Part shown: one piece after another, positions 19,213 through 28,722 of the stretch
How the letters are laid out: each line of letters starts with the position of its first letter
How positions within the stretch are numbered: position 1 is the first letter of the stretch
Origin: an uncultured delta proteobacterium
GTDB lineage: Bacteria; Desulfobacterota; Binatia; UBA9968
NCBI GenBank assembly: GCA_963727625.1
Contig: CAVSHR010000002.1
Span: forward strand, 448,001-512,000
DNA length: 64,000 nt
Direction of reading: 5' to 3'
Position numbers and translations under genes: made by a program
Notes under the pieces: generated by a model
Told to the model about the DNA's origin: nothing
The model's input: the letters and a program-made list of their open reading frames with translations, nothing else
Databases searched by the model: none

Positions 19213-19557
19213 ATGGCAGATTGTCTTTTTTGCGGTATTGTTGAGGGAAGGATCAAGGCAAATCTCGTCTATCAGGACGAGCGCGTGGTCGCCTTCAAAG
19301 ATATCAACCCCAAGGCTCCGGTCCACATTCTGATCATTCCGCGCAAGCATCTGCCCGGCGTGCTCGATATCGAGCCATCAGACGGCGCTTTGATCGGCGA
19401 GATTTTTCAAGTCGCCGGGCGCTTGGCGCGCGAGCATGGCATTGCCGAACCGGGCTTTCGCATCGTCGTCAATTCCGGCTCCGATGCGGGCCAGAGCGTT
19501 TTTCATCTGCACTACCATCTTCTTGGCGGGCGGCAGATGAGCTGGCCACCGGGATAG
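19213..19557 (+). CDS. Histidine triad (HIT) nucleotide-binding protein
   Basis: DCLFC.I, AFKDINPKAPVH, GQSVFHLHYHLLGGR..WPPG. Confidence 0.95.
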   Translation: MADCLFCGIVEGRIKANLVYQDERVVAFKDINPKAPVHILIIPRKHLPGVLDIEPSDGALIGEIFQVAGRLAREHGIAEPGFRIVVNSGSDAGQSVFHLHYHLLGGRQMSWPPG

Positions 19558-19604
19558 CCTAGTCACAATCTGCAGCTTCTTAATCAGCGATCGTGGAGGG
19601 TCCG

Positions 19605-20864
19605 ATGATTGCCGACCAACCCTTTAGCGGGGCAAACGAGATGGCGGTGCAGCAATTTGTCGCCGCCGCCGACAAGCTGGGCATCGATCCCAACATAGCC
19701 GGCAGGCTGCGCCGGCCTGATCGCGCTATGATCGTCAGCGTGCCGACGCGCATGGATGACGGCCGCGTCCATGTGTTTACCGGCTATCGGGTCCAGCACA
19801 ACGACGTGTTGGGCCCGTTCAAGGGCGGCATCCGCTACCACCCCGCGGTGACTCTCGGCGAAGTTTCCGCGCTGGCAATGTGGATGACTTGGAAATGTTC
19901 CTTGGTCGGCTTGCCGCTGGGTGGCGCGAAGGGCGGCATCGCCTGCGATCCGGCCGAACTGTCGCGTCACGAATTGCAGTCGATGACCCGGCGCTTCACC
20001 GCGGAGATCTTAAATATCATCGGACCCGATGTGGATGTGCCGGCGCCCGACATGGGCACCAACGAGCAGGTCATGGCCTGGATCATGGACACCTATTCTC
20101 AACATAAGGGCCATTCCGTTCCCGAGATCGTGACCGGCAAGCCGGTGGCCATCGGCGGCACGCTGGGTCGGCGCGATGCGACCGGCCGCGGCGTTGTTTA
20201 CACGATCATAGAAGCGGCCAAGGAATTGCAAGTCGACTTGAGCAAGTGCACGGCGGTGGTACAGGGCTTCGGCAACGTCGGCTCGGTGGCGGCAAAAGAA
20301 CTGGCCAACATCGGCGTAAAAATCATCGGCGTGGCGGACCGCACCGGCGGTTTCGTCGACACCAAGGGGCTGCCGGTCGACAAGCTCCTGGAAGTCGCGG
20401 ACAAAAACCACAGCTTCGAGGGCTGCCCCTACGGCGACAAGATCAGCAATCAGGAACTTTTGGAGATACCCTGCGACGTGCTCGTTCCGGCCGCGTTGGA
20501 GATGCAAATCACTGAAGCCAATGCGGCTCGCTTGCGATGCCGCATCCTTGCCGAAGGCGCCAACGGCCCGACGACTCCCGAGGCCGACGCGATCCTTAGG
20601 GAGAAGGGAGTTTTCCTGATCCCTGACATCCTAGCCAACGCCGGCGGCGTGGTGGTTTCATATTTCGAGTGGGTGCAGGATCTGCAGAATTTTTTCTGGA
20701 CCGAAGACGAAGTGAACAGCAAACTGCGCGATATTTTGGTCAAGGCTTTCCATCGAGTGCTTGAGATGAGCCGCAAACATTCGGTGGATATGCGTCTTGC
20801 GGCGCTGATGATCGGCATCGACCGCGTCGTCCGAGCGATGCTTTGGCGCGGACTTTACGCGTGA
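19605..20864 (+). CDS. gdhA: Glutamate dehydrogenase (Glu/Leu/Phe/Val dehydrogenase family)
   Basis: GPFKGGIRYHP, GGAKGG, DVPAPDMGT, QGFGNVG, EGANGP, ANAGGVVVSYFEWVQ. Confidence 0.93.
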   Translation: MIADQPFSGANEMAVQQFVAAADKLGIDPNIAGRLRRPDRAMIVSVPTRMDDGRVHVFTGYRVQHNDVLGPFKGGIRYHPAVTLGEVSALAMWMTWKCSLVGLPLGGAKGGIACDPAELSRHELQSMTRRFTAEILNIIGPDVDVPAPDMGTNEQVMAWIMDTYSQHKGHSVPEIVTGKPVAIGGTLGRRDATGRGVVYTIIEAAKELQVDLSKCTAVVQGFGNVGSVAAKELANIGVKIIGVADRTGGFVDTKGLPVDKLLEVADKNHSFEGCPYGDKISNQELLEIPCDVLVPAALEMQITEANAARLRCRILAEGANGPTTPEADAILREKGVFLIPDILANAGGVVVSYFEWVQDLQNFFWTEDEVNSKLRDILVKAFHRVLEMSRKHSVDMRLAALMIGIDRVVRAMLWRGLYA

Positions 20865-20968
20865 CGGGCGCGGTCATTTTCGAGTTGTGCGGCTCGGGTG
20901 TCGCATTGAAGCTCAGCCAAGAAACTGCTAACCAAATGGGCAAGTAAACGGAGGAAGGATTCTGGAGA

Positions 20969-21529
20969 ATGGTTCAAGCGACGCAACTCAGACCGGGGAT
21001 GATCATCGTCCATGAGAGCGATCTTTACCGGGTCACCGCAGTGCATCATTTAACGCCGGGCAACAAGCGCGGTTTCATGCAGACCAAAATGAAAAACCTC
21101 AGGACCGGCATCGGCACGGAATACAAGTTTCGTTCGGAAGACCGCGTCGACCAGGCAATTTTGGACAACCGCCAGATGCAGTATTTGTACGCCGAGGGGG
21201 ATCTCCATACTTTCATGGATATGGAAAATTACGAGCAAATCACTTTGTCGCCGGAGGACATCGGCGATTTGCTGTCCTATTTGTTGCCGAATTCCGTGGT
21301 GGGTATCGAATTTTACGAAGGTAAACCGGTGGGCATCAATCCGCCGTCGACGGTGGATCTGGAAGTCATCGACACCGAGCCGTCGATGAAAGGCGCCACC
21401 GCCAGCGCGTCGTACAAGCCGGCGAAGCTGGAGACCGGCGTGATTGTGCAAGTTCCGCCGTTCGTACAAGTTGGCGATAAAGTGCGTGTCGATCCGACCG
21501 ATGGATCGTATCAGGAACGGGTCAAGTAG
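20969..21529 (+). CDS. efp: Elongation factor P
   Basis: TPGNKRG loop, KGATAS..YKPA.LETG..VQVP.F, Y.ER. Confidence 0.95.
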   Translation: MVQATQLRPGMIIVHESDLYRVTAVHHLTPGNKRGFMQTKMKNLRTGIGTEYKFRSEDRVDQAILDNRQMQYLYAEGDLHTFMDMENYEQITLSPEDIGDLLSYLLPNSVVGIEFYEGKPVGINPPSTVDLEVIDTEPSMKGATASASYKPAKLETGVIVQVPPFVQVGDKVRVDPTDGSYQERVK

Positions 21530-22118
21530 CCTTAATTTTTTCCAAGACTATCCGCACTTGTCGTTCGAGGCTGTCCAAGTCGCCGTCGTTTTCGATAACG
21601 AAATCGGCTAGCCGGCGTTTTTCTTCCAAGCTCATCTGCGCTTCGATATGCTTTTGAGCCGCGGCGGCGTCGAGCTGATCGCGCTGCTGGAGTCGCCGTC
21701 GCTGGGTATCGATGTCGCAGGCAACCAAAATCACCGGCCGAAGCGAATCTTGCAGGTTGCCCTCGAAGAGCAACGGAACTTCGTAGACCACGACTTGGAA
21801 TCCCGCCGCCGCATGTTGGCGAATGCGCTCCTCGGCGAGGGCGCGGACACGCGGGTGAATGATCGATTCCAGCGTTTTCCTGGCCTCGGGATGGTTAAAG
21901 ATGATCGCACGGAGTTTTTGCCGGTCGAGGGTTCGGTCGGGCTGCAATACTTCGGAGCCGAATGCGTCGACAATGTCTTGCCAAGCTTCGCGGCCGGGCT
22001 CGACAACCTCGCGGGACAAAGCATCCGCGTTGACGATAGCAGCGCCGAGCCGCTCGAGGATTTTCGCGACGGTGGATTTTCCCGAGGCGATGCCGCCGGT
22101 TAGGCCGATCAATTTCAC
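21522..22118 (-). CDS. coaE: Dephospho-CoA kinase
   Basis: IGLTGGIASGKSTV, LDR..L...F, IIHPRV, VPLLFE, AD.VI.N. Confidence 0.95.
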   Translation of the reverse strand: MKLIGLTGGIASGKSTVAKILERLGAAIVNADALSREVVEPGREAWQDIVDAFGSEVLQPDRTLDRQKLRAIIFNHPEARKTLESIIHPRVRALAEERIRQHAAAGFQVVVYEVPLLFEGNLQDSLRPVILVACDIDTQRRRLQQRDQLDAAAAQKHIEAQMSLEEKRRLADFVIENDGDLDSLERQVRIVLEKIKAT

Positions 22119-22202
22119 GCCACACTATTGGCAAAATTGGTTTCGCCTTTCAACCGGCATGATCGAAACCCCCCGGTAAAAACCAGTGGAGGTGAAAAGA
22201 AG

Positions 22203-22466
22203 ATGGCCAAGGTTGTGATCTACACAACCAACTATTGCCCCTATTGCACCGGAGCCAAGGCCTTGTTGCAATCCAAGAACGTCGAGTTCGATGAGATCGA
22301 CGTGACCGAAGACCCGCAGCGCCGCCAGGAGATGGAACAGCGATCGCGCCGCTGGACCGTGCCGCAAATATTTATCGATGGAAAGCCGATCGGCGGTTAC
22401 GATGACGCGCGGCTATTGGATGCCAAGGGCGAACTCGACCGTTTGCTCGGAATTGATGCGAAGTAA
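22203..22466 (+). CDS. grxC: Glutaredoxin 3
   Basis: CPYC, TVPQIFI, IGGYDD, GELD.LL. Confidence 0.93.
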   Translation: MAKVVIYTTNYCPYCTGAKALLQSKNVEFDEIDVTEDPQRRQEMEQRSRRWTVPQIFIDGKPIGGYDDARLLDAKGELDRLLGIDAK

Positions 22467-22520
22467 TCAGTTCCGCTGAGGTTAAGCCGAACCCTATTTA
22501 GCGAGGCGAGTGGATGAGAA

Positions 22521-22560
22521 AATTGGAGGCGGCGAGCGGATTCGAACCGCTGCATCGAGG
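22521..22560. repeat. 40-bp att direct repeat (duplicated 3' part of tRNA-Cys)
   Basis: aattggaggcggcgagcggattcgaaccgctgcatcgagg, identical at 30546-30585. Confidence 0.95.
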
Positions 22561-22596
22561 CCAAAAGACTAAAAACAAGAAGTGATACGGAGTGTG

Positions 22597-22628
22597 AAAG
22601 GGCCTGGATTACCAGGCTTTTTTATTTT
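22597..22628 (+). terminator. Rho-independent terminator just inside the left island end
   Basis: gcctgg-atta-ccaggc hairpin followed by ttttttatttt. Confidence 0.7.
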
Positions 22629-22664
22629 GGGGTTGTTACCGGGTGCTACGGTTTGTCACCTGGT

Positions 22665-22682
22665 TTGGCACAAAACCGGAAC
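22665..22682. repeat. 18-bp direct repeat near both island ends (putative integrase arm site; other copy 30473-30490)
   Basis: ttggcacaaaaccggaac at both positions. Confidence 0.7.
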
Positions 22683-22822
22683 GTTTTCTGGAACGTTTTT
22701 TTTGCCTATCCGGCAACCTTCAACGGTCGCGGTCGGAGAAGGCACGACATGCGATTAGGCTATTTTTCGCGCTCCGATAGGTTGACCTGGTTTCGGCATT
22801 CAATCTTGGTGGATTCAAATTT

Positions 22823-23497
22823 TTAGACGATCCCCTGCCGGCGCAGCGAAAACAGCGTGGCACCGAGACCCAACAACATGAGGAGAGCAGACCCGGGTTC
22901 CGGTACCGCAGCGGAAGGAGTTGAGGGCGTAAAAGTTAGGTTCTCGATATGCCCTACCACGGTTCGGAAGTCTGGAGGTACGGTGGAGCTGTTACTATAA
23001 GAAAAAGCGACATCATCAACCCAAAGCTCGAACGCTCCGCTACCCTGGGCGTTGGTATACGTAAGATTTTGATGGGTGTTGTCGAAGTTAATCGTAAGCG
23101 AACTGCCGTTTTGGAACTTACCAGCTCCTTGGGTGCTAATGGTACCGTAGATATCCGCGGTGAACTGCTCGGGGCTTCCTGACACTGTCGGATCTGTAAA
23201 AGTGATTTTCAAAGTGAAATCTGCAACCCCATCCTGGGTGCCAAAGGGCTCAGTACAACTATTACCGCATCCGTCTAATGTAAATGTACCAAGGTTTGTA
23301 AGATCAGTCGGTCCTGGACCCACTGGCACATTAAGATTAAAGCTGGCACCCGAGAAGGTCAGGTAAGTGGCGATCGTGGTCGGCGAACTGCTGTTTGTAT
23401 CGCCCGTGAAGGTGACAGCCTGTGCGGTCCCTCTGAAGCCGAGAGCTCCAATGAGAAGTGTTGCCGCTAATAAACTCTTACGTATCCTGAGATTCAT
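22823..23497 (-). CDS. PEP-CTERM sorting domain protein
   Basis: Signal peptide ending AQA; C-terminal VPEPGS, TM helix and RR cluster. Confidence 0.93.
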   Translation of the reverse strand: MNLRIRKSLLAATLLIGALGFRGTAQAVTFTGDTNSSSPTTIATYLTFSGASFNLNVPVGPGPTDLTNLGTFTLDGCGNSCTEPFGTQDGVADFTLKITFTDPTVSGSPEQFTADIYGTISTQGAGKFQNGSSLTINFDNTHQNLTYTNAQGSGAFELWVDDVAFSYSNSSTVPPDFRTVVGHIENLTFTPSTPSAAVPEPGSALLMLLGLGATLFSLRRQGIV

Positions 23498-23606
23498 ATA
23501 TGTTTTGCTCTCCTTTTGCCGCAGTTCGACGCTTGTTCGTGAGGGCCATCACTGCCACCCGGTGCCTCAGCATCGGCAACATGCGCCCTTGGTTTTTTAC
23601 TGTTGG

Positions 23607-23762
23607 AGCAATTACCGGACCATTTTGGGAGATTTGAAATTACTCGGGTTTTTTCAATCGTAGATGGAGCTATGTGTAAACAAAGATTGCAAAAAAAACG
23701 ATCAAAAATTCGTTTCTCAAAATTTTCTGACTTTGTAAACGTTCATTGAGTAAAAGTGTAAA
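23607..23762 (-). promoter_or_regulatory. Sigma54 promoter with upstream TTTACA boxes for the PEP-CTERM gene
   Basis: Minus strand TGGTCCGGTAATTGCT (GG-N10-GC) at 23607-23622; TTTACA at 23675-80, 23734-39 and 23757-62. Confidence 0.65.
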
Positions 23763-23950
23763 AGTCCCTTATACTTTTTGGCTTGGGATTCTCGCCGGCG
23801 GTTGTCTTAACCCTAAGACACAATGGCAACTCTGCCACGCCGCGCGACAGAATTGGCAATTGAAGAGTTCAACCCGTCGAGAGTATGGAATCACCTCTAT
23901 AGTTTCTTTGAACGCAGTGGATGTTTTTGGCGCTATTGGAAAGAAATAGA

Positions 23951-24577
23951 ATGATTACTCCGACTCTAGATAAGACCAAACCCTATGAACCGACGGAGCG
24001 AGAACAGGCGGCGCTTGAGGCGCACGCCGGGCGGGTGAAGAAAAGCCCGCCGGCACCGCGGCTTAAGTCGTGGCATCAAGACAACGTCGCGCAAGTCGTG
24101 GTGGATCACCCGAGCGGCGGTCACGGGCAAGCGTTGCTTATGGAAGCGCTGGGAACGACCGACACGGACTTTTTGGTGGGCATCGTAAGCCAGCTTGGCA
24201 ACGCCGGTTCGATCGGTCCGAAGGTGGACGAGCAGGCGCTGAATTTTTTGCTCTCCGTGGTGAAAGGAATCCAGCCCAAGGACCAGTTAGAAACGATGCT
24301 GGCGGCGCAAATGGCCGCGGTTCACTCGCTGACCATGAACTACGCCCGGCGGCTTGCTAACGCGAACGCATTGCCGCAACAGGAGAGCGCGGAGCGCGCC
24401 TTGAACAAGCTGGCGCGGACGTTTGCGGCTCAAGTGGAGGCGCTGAAACGCTACCGCACCGGGGGCGAGCAAAAAGTGACGGTCGAGCATGTGACCGTCA
24501 ACGAGGGCGGGCAAGCGATCGTCGGAAACGTCTCGAACAACCAAGCGCGGGGGGCGGGTGCCTCAGAAAATCGTTGA
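23951..24577 (+). CDS. Hypothetical protein of the type found upstream of HGGxSTG genes
   Basis: I.PKD..E.MLAAQM.A.H...KLARTF.AQVEALKRYRTGG.QKVTVEHV.V..GGQAIVG. Confidence 0.75.
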   Translation: MITPTLDKTKPYEPTEREQAALEAHAGRVKKSPPAPRLKSWHQDNVAQVVVDHPSGGHGQALLMEALGTTDTDFLVGIVSQLGNAGSIGPKVDEQALNFLLSVVKGIQPKDQLETMLAAQMAAVHSLTMNYARRLANANALPQQESAERALNKLARTFAAQVEALKRYRTGGEQKVTVEHVTVNEGGQAIVGNVSNNQARGAGASENR

Positions 24578-24584
24578 TTACCCC

Positions 24585-24821
24585 ATGCCACGGGTGCATT
24601 GCGGAGCCCGAACCAGGGCCGGCGGTTCATGCCGACAACCCGCCATGTGCAACGGTCGTTGCCGACTCCACGGCGGCAAAAGCAAATCAGGCAGGGACCA
24701 CGGGCGCTACAAGCACGGGTATTTTACACGGGAGGCCATGACCAGTAGACGGGAGTGCGCGGATCTGTTGAGGCTGGCGAAAAGACAAGTAGATGATCTA
24801 AATAAGGCAAGACTTTACTAG
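24585..24821 (+). CDS. HGGxSTG-domain protein
   Basis: CGARTRAG.SC..PAM.NGRCRLHGGKS...KHG.FT.EA. Confidence 0.8.
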   Translation: MPRVHCGARTRAGGSCRQPAMCNGRCRLHGGKSKSGRDHGRYKHGYFTREAMTSRRECADLLRLAKRQVDDLNKARLY

Positions 24822-25243
24822 TCTTAGTGCTTTAAGGCCCATCACTAACCGGTCGCTGGAGTTCGGAGAGCGAGCGGCGCGAAAAAAATCGATCTGGTTT
24901 CACGTCGCCAACGCGTTTTCGCTTCTGATCTCGACCTTCGAGCCGGCGGAGCGGGTCAGCTTGACTAAATCAAGGTGATCTCGAACTACAAGGGATAAGG
25001 ACGCACCGCGGCGAATTTCACAGGATTGAGTCGTAGGAAAATCAGTTCAATCCTGCGATAGCCGCTTGGTTTCTCCATCGCCTGGTTGATCGTTTTCAAT
25101 TTCGCAGTGACAGTTAATTGATCATTTCTTTTTTGGTTCAGCAGCTCGAAGATTCTACCGATTTCCGTTCTCGGTTATTTAGGAATATTATAATCGAGTA
25201 CGATCTTGTTTTTCTCCGGCAAGTTTTCTAGAGGAGCGGAACC

Positions 25244-25567
25244 ATGAAAGTTACGCGAGTCTACTCCGGAGCGGATGGCCAGTCTCCTTTCGACGAGATC
25301 GAGGTGGAGATTGAAAAACTCCAGCCTGGCGATGGTATCATATTCCGCCACGCTCCCCCTGACTATCTCAACGACTGGCATCGGGCGCCTACACGGCAGT
25401 ATGTCATCAACCTGTCAGGTGAAAGCGAGATTGAGATCGGCGATGGCACCAAACGGCGCTTCGGGCCCGGCGATATCTTTCTGGTAGACGATACTTCTGG
25501 GCTCGGTCATATATCACGAGCCGTGGGTAACCGGCCGCGCGTCTTTGTGACAGTCCCCATAAAATAG
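25244..25567 (+). CDS. Small cupin protein
   Basis: DWH.AP.RQYVI.LSG..EIE.GDG..R.FGPGDI.L..D..G.GH.SR. Confidence 0.85.
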   Translation: MKVTRVYSGADGQSPFDEIEVEIEKLQPGDGIIFRHAPPDYLNDWHRAPTRQYVINLSGESEIEIGDGTKRRFGPGDIFLVDDTSGLGHISRAVGNRPRVFVTVPIK

Positions 25568-25696
25568 CCCCAATCGTATCCATCCCCCTAGAGCGGAGCC
25601 AATGGTCTATAGTCAATTACGCTTGGCCTCGGTCCATAAGAATCAAGACCAAATTTCGCGTCAGTTTGAACTGTAAGGCGCTACAGTTTGATTCCC

Positions 25697-25930
25697 TCAC
25701 TCCTTAATCGCCCTCACCATCGTCACCACACTTTTGTTGACGGCAAGAAACGGCGCCTCCCATTTCATTTCCGGGTCGGGTAACGCCTCAACTTTAACCT
25801 CGGTCAACGCAAGAAAATGTTTGTCCGGGCTGTTGAGGAAATCTGATAATCGGGAACCGTAACCGCCCTCACCGGCGAGCGGTATAAACAGTTTCCCTCT
25901 AATCTTGTAGGTAAAGGTGCTGGGGCGCAA
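25697..25930 (-). pseudogene. Small conserved beta-rich protein (DUF6812-like), N-terminus apparently missing
   Basis: TYKIRGKL....SRLSDFLN..DK.FLALT.V...FLAVNK; no good ATG or RBS. Confidence 0.5.
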
Positions 25931-25985
25931 CTCCCCGGCACCTTCGACCTATGCAGACAAAAAACAATCCACTAACCGCGAAATT

Positions 25986-26951
25986 TCAACAACCGCCGAC
26001 GCATTTCCCATTGCGGTTAAATCGCATCTCAACGCCGCTTAAGGGCACATGCACGTCGATCATTCGGTCGACAAGACCGATGAATCTTGCCGTCTTGGTT
26101 CCAGGCTGAACCACTCCGCCGGAGGTGGCCGCTTCGTTCGCGTGCGAAGGGATCACGGAGTTGGGCTTGACGAGTTTGTTTATTGCGAAGGCGGCTTCTT
26201 CAGGACCCGTGCTGAAAACATCGCCGATATTGATCACGGCCAGCTTAGCACCGTATTGCTGCCGAACGACCGTTTCCATATCGGATACTACGCCGGTGTC
26301 ACCGGACAGATACACGACCAGGCCGTTAGAGAACTTAATGATATAGCCCTCTTCGGGACCGACATAGGCTGTAAGGCCGTCAGCGGGAGGGTTTGTAAGA
26401 AACACGGCGGACACACCATTGCTGTGTAGGGCGCGCACCGTGGCAAACGTGACACCATTGATCGTTATCTTTCCGCCGGGACGCAGGGTTGCGGCTTGGT
26501 TGGCCGCTCCCCCCGCAGCCGAAATCTTGGCATTCAGGAAAGCAGGCATCTCCCCGCCTACGAGTACTGTGGAACCTTTTGCGGCCGCGATTTCGGCGAA
26601 GTTGGAATTGGGAGTCTTGTCGACCGTGGCGGTGTTGTCGCCGCAGGCCCCGGGATTAACCGTAGGAATCGCTTTATCGCCGATATGGTCGACGTGGACA
26701 TGGGAAAGCAGCATGACGTCGATAACGTCCAGCCTTGTATCCGACCCTCCCGTTACCGTGCGACCGGGATCGTAAAGGATCCTTAACCCGTTTGGATCCT
26801 CGAATATCAGTGCCCGATCGTTCCGGCAAAATTCTCCATCATTGCTACCGAGGGGTGTAATACGCACCTGATTCTGTGCCCACGCCGAAGACCATCCGAG
26901 AAACAGAAAGCTGGCAACAAGAACGGCATACATTGCACATCTTGGCTTCAT
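25986..26951 (-). CDS. Secreted MBL-fold metallo-hydrolase
   Basis: Signal peptide ending AWA; SHVHVDH, ALHS, YLSGDTG, IPSH. Confidence 0.88.
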   Translation of the reverse strand: MKPRCAMYAVLVASFLFLGWSSAWAQNQVRITPLGSNDGEFCRNDRALIFEDPNGLRILYDPGRTVTGGSDTRLDVIDVMLLSHVHVDHIGDKAIPTVNPGACGDNTATVDKTPNSNFAEIAAAKGSTVLVGGEMPAFLNAKISAAGGAANQAATLRPGGKITINGVTFATVRALHSNGVSAVFLTNPPADGLTAYVGPEEGYIIKFSNGLVVYLSGDTGVVSDMETVVRQQYGAKLAVINIGDVFSTGPEEAAFAINKLVKPNSVIPSHANEAATSGGVVQPGTKTARFIGLVDRMIDVHVPLSGVEMRFNRNGKCVGGC

Positions 26952-27340
26952 CGCTTATTCCTCCCTTTTCTAGCTTTTTGATTTGTGTCGATTTAACCGG
27001 AAAAGATCCGGTGCGGCGGGCTTCGAGCATGACCTGAAAATCGGAAAAGAAGAGCGGGTTTCACCTTTATCTCGCAAGCCAAATTTTGGAACGAAGGAAG
27101 AAAATACTAGAAACAGTTTAGAACATTTGTCGCATATCGAGATATTTTCGGACAGTCAAGTACGAAATATCGGTCGAATGGGACGATCGGCCGAGCTGCA
27201 TCAGTGCGAAAATAAGTTCTTTGTCATTAAAAATCCCCGTATTTTGGGTAAAGTTCGCGTTAAAAAACGAAGTTCAACCAGCGGGGAGCTTCACAGCAAC
27301 CTCGGGCCAGAGGTGATCAGGGGCGGGCCGGCGTCAACGC

Positions 27341-28015
27341 TTAATCAGCCGGCCGAATGCACTCCGGGCTGTCGTTCGCAGGAGAGTTAACCAGCGTCGA
27401 AACGTCGTGCGTTTCCATTAGCTCTGAGGGAAAGGGCTGTAAGTTCGCCGCAAGCATCATTGCAGAATTGACGGCGCATCTTGGATCGAGCCACTGTAAT
27501 CCCATCTCCCTGTCATAGATCACCGGCATTCGGTTGTGGATCGGACGTAGCAACGCGTTGGGCTCGCACGTGATGATTGTGAACGTGTAAAGCTCCCTGC
27601 CGCTCTCACGGTCGCGCCAGAAATCCCACAGCCCCGCAAAGACAAAAGGCTCGCGTTTCTTGAGACCCACCCACACCGGCACCTTACGCTTGCCCTCCCT
27701 GCGCCATTCGTAAAATCCATCCGCTGGAATGACGCAACGCTTTGTGCCCACCAAACGCTTGAACGACGGCTTTTCAAGCAGGGTTTCGGCGCGGGCGTTA
27801 ATCATCCTGTTTCCAATTGTGTGATCTTGTGCCCACGACGGCACCAAACCCCATTTCATTAACTTGCTTTCGTTATTCTCGTCGTTCTGTAGGATTACCG
27901 GCACCTCCTGTGACGGCGCAATGTTGTAGCGGGGACCAAAGGAAAGATCGCCTTGGAGGCTCCACCGGACTTTAATCTCGCGGAAGCTGAATGTTGCTGT
28001 GAATCGGCCACACAT
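27341..28015 (-). CDS. SOS response-associated peptidase (SRAP; YedK/HMCES family)
   Basis: MCGRF start, YNIAPSQ, WGLVPSW, INARAET, GFYEW, IHNRMPVI, VNS..ND. Confidence 0.95.
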   Translation of the reverse strand: MCGRFTATFSFREIKVRWSLQGDLSFGPRYNIAPSQEVPVILQNDENNESKLMKWGLVPSWAQDHTIGNRMINARAETLLEKPSFKRLVGTKRCVIPADGFYEWRREGKRKVPVWVGLKKREPFVFAGLWDFWRDRESGRELYTFTIITCEPNALLRPIHNRMPVIYDREMGLQWLDPRCAVNSAMMLAANLQPFPSELMETHDVSTLVNSPANDSPECIRPAD

Positions 28016-28285
28016 GGGAACGATTAAAAAACGTTCTAGTCTAGAATCCGGTGCGAGGGGAAGCGTTCAAAGCCGTTCTCGCTTGAGAATTTTTCGCCCT
28101 GCGATGATGGCAACATAGGCGAATGCAAGCGCAATGATAATGACCCAGTACAATTCGAGACTCGCGAGCATACCATCGCCGATGAAGGCGAAAATACAAG
28201 CGATAGCGAGAAAAATAGAGAATTGTAACCAGTATGCATAGCCGTTCCCTTCAATACGTCGTATCTGTAACTGAGACGATTGCCA

Positions 28286-28714
28286 TCAAAACAGCCCCCA
28301 CCCCATGCCTACGCGGTAAAGCATTTTGGTTGGAGCACATTCATATCGCACGATCGGCAACTCATCCTCAGTGTATAGATTAGGCGAATCCTCTCTGACG
28401 GTCGCTTTTGCTTTCAATTTGCGCTGTCTCTCTTTCACCCAATCTTTCTGCTTCACGCTCCTATCCCAGTCGCACAACAATTCATATTGATAGAAGTCGA
28501 GAAGTTCCCATTTTGGCAGGGGCGTTTTAAAGGGTTGTGGCATGATTTCTACCAGTCGTCTTGAAGAAATAGTTCTTTCGTAAAGCCCGTACCCTGGAAC
28601 TTCTACACCTGTCTTATTTATCCAACCTCGATAGATTAGCAACGCCTCATCGGTAACCGTAATTAATAGCCCTATGCCAAAAAATAGAACGAGGATTTTC
28701 GCAACATTGTTCAT
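28286..28714 (-). CDS. Hypothetical protein with an N-terminal TM helix
   Basis: 142-aa AT-rich ORF starting immediately beyond the IS end. Confidence 0.55.
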   Translation of the reverse strand: MNNVAKILVLFFGIGLLITVTDEALLIYRGWINKTGVEVPGYGLYERTISSRRLVEIMPQPFKTPLPKWELLDFYQYELLCDWDRSVKQKDWVKERQRKLKAKATVREDSPNLYTEDELPIVRYECAPTKMLYRVGMGWGLF

Positions 28715-28722
28715 CGAGTCTG

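Noticed and set aside
22521-22560. A second tRNA-Cys gene
   Set aside because: Only the 3' portion is present, without anticodon loop or D arm; it is the att duplication.
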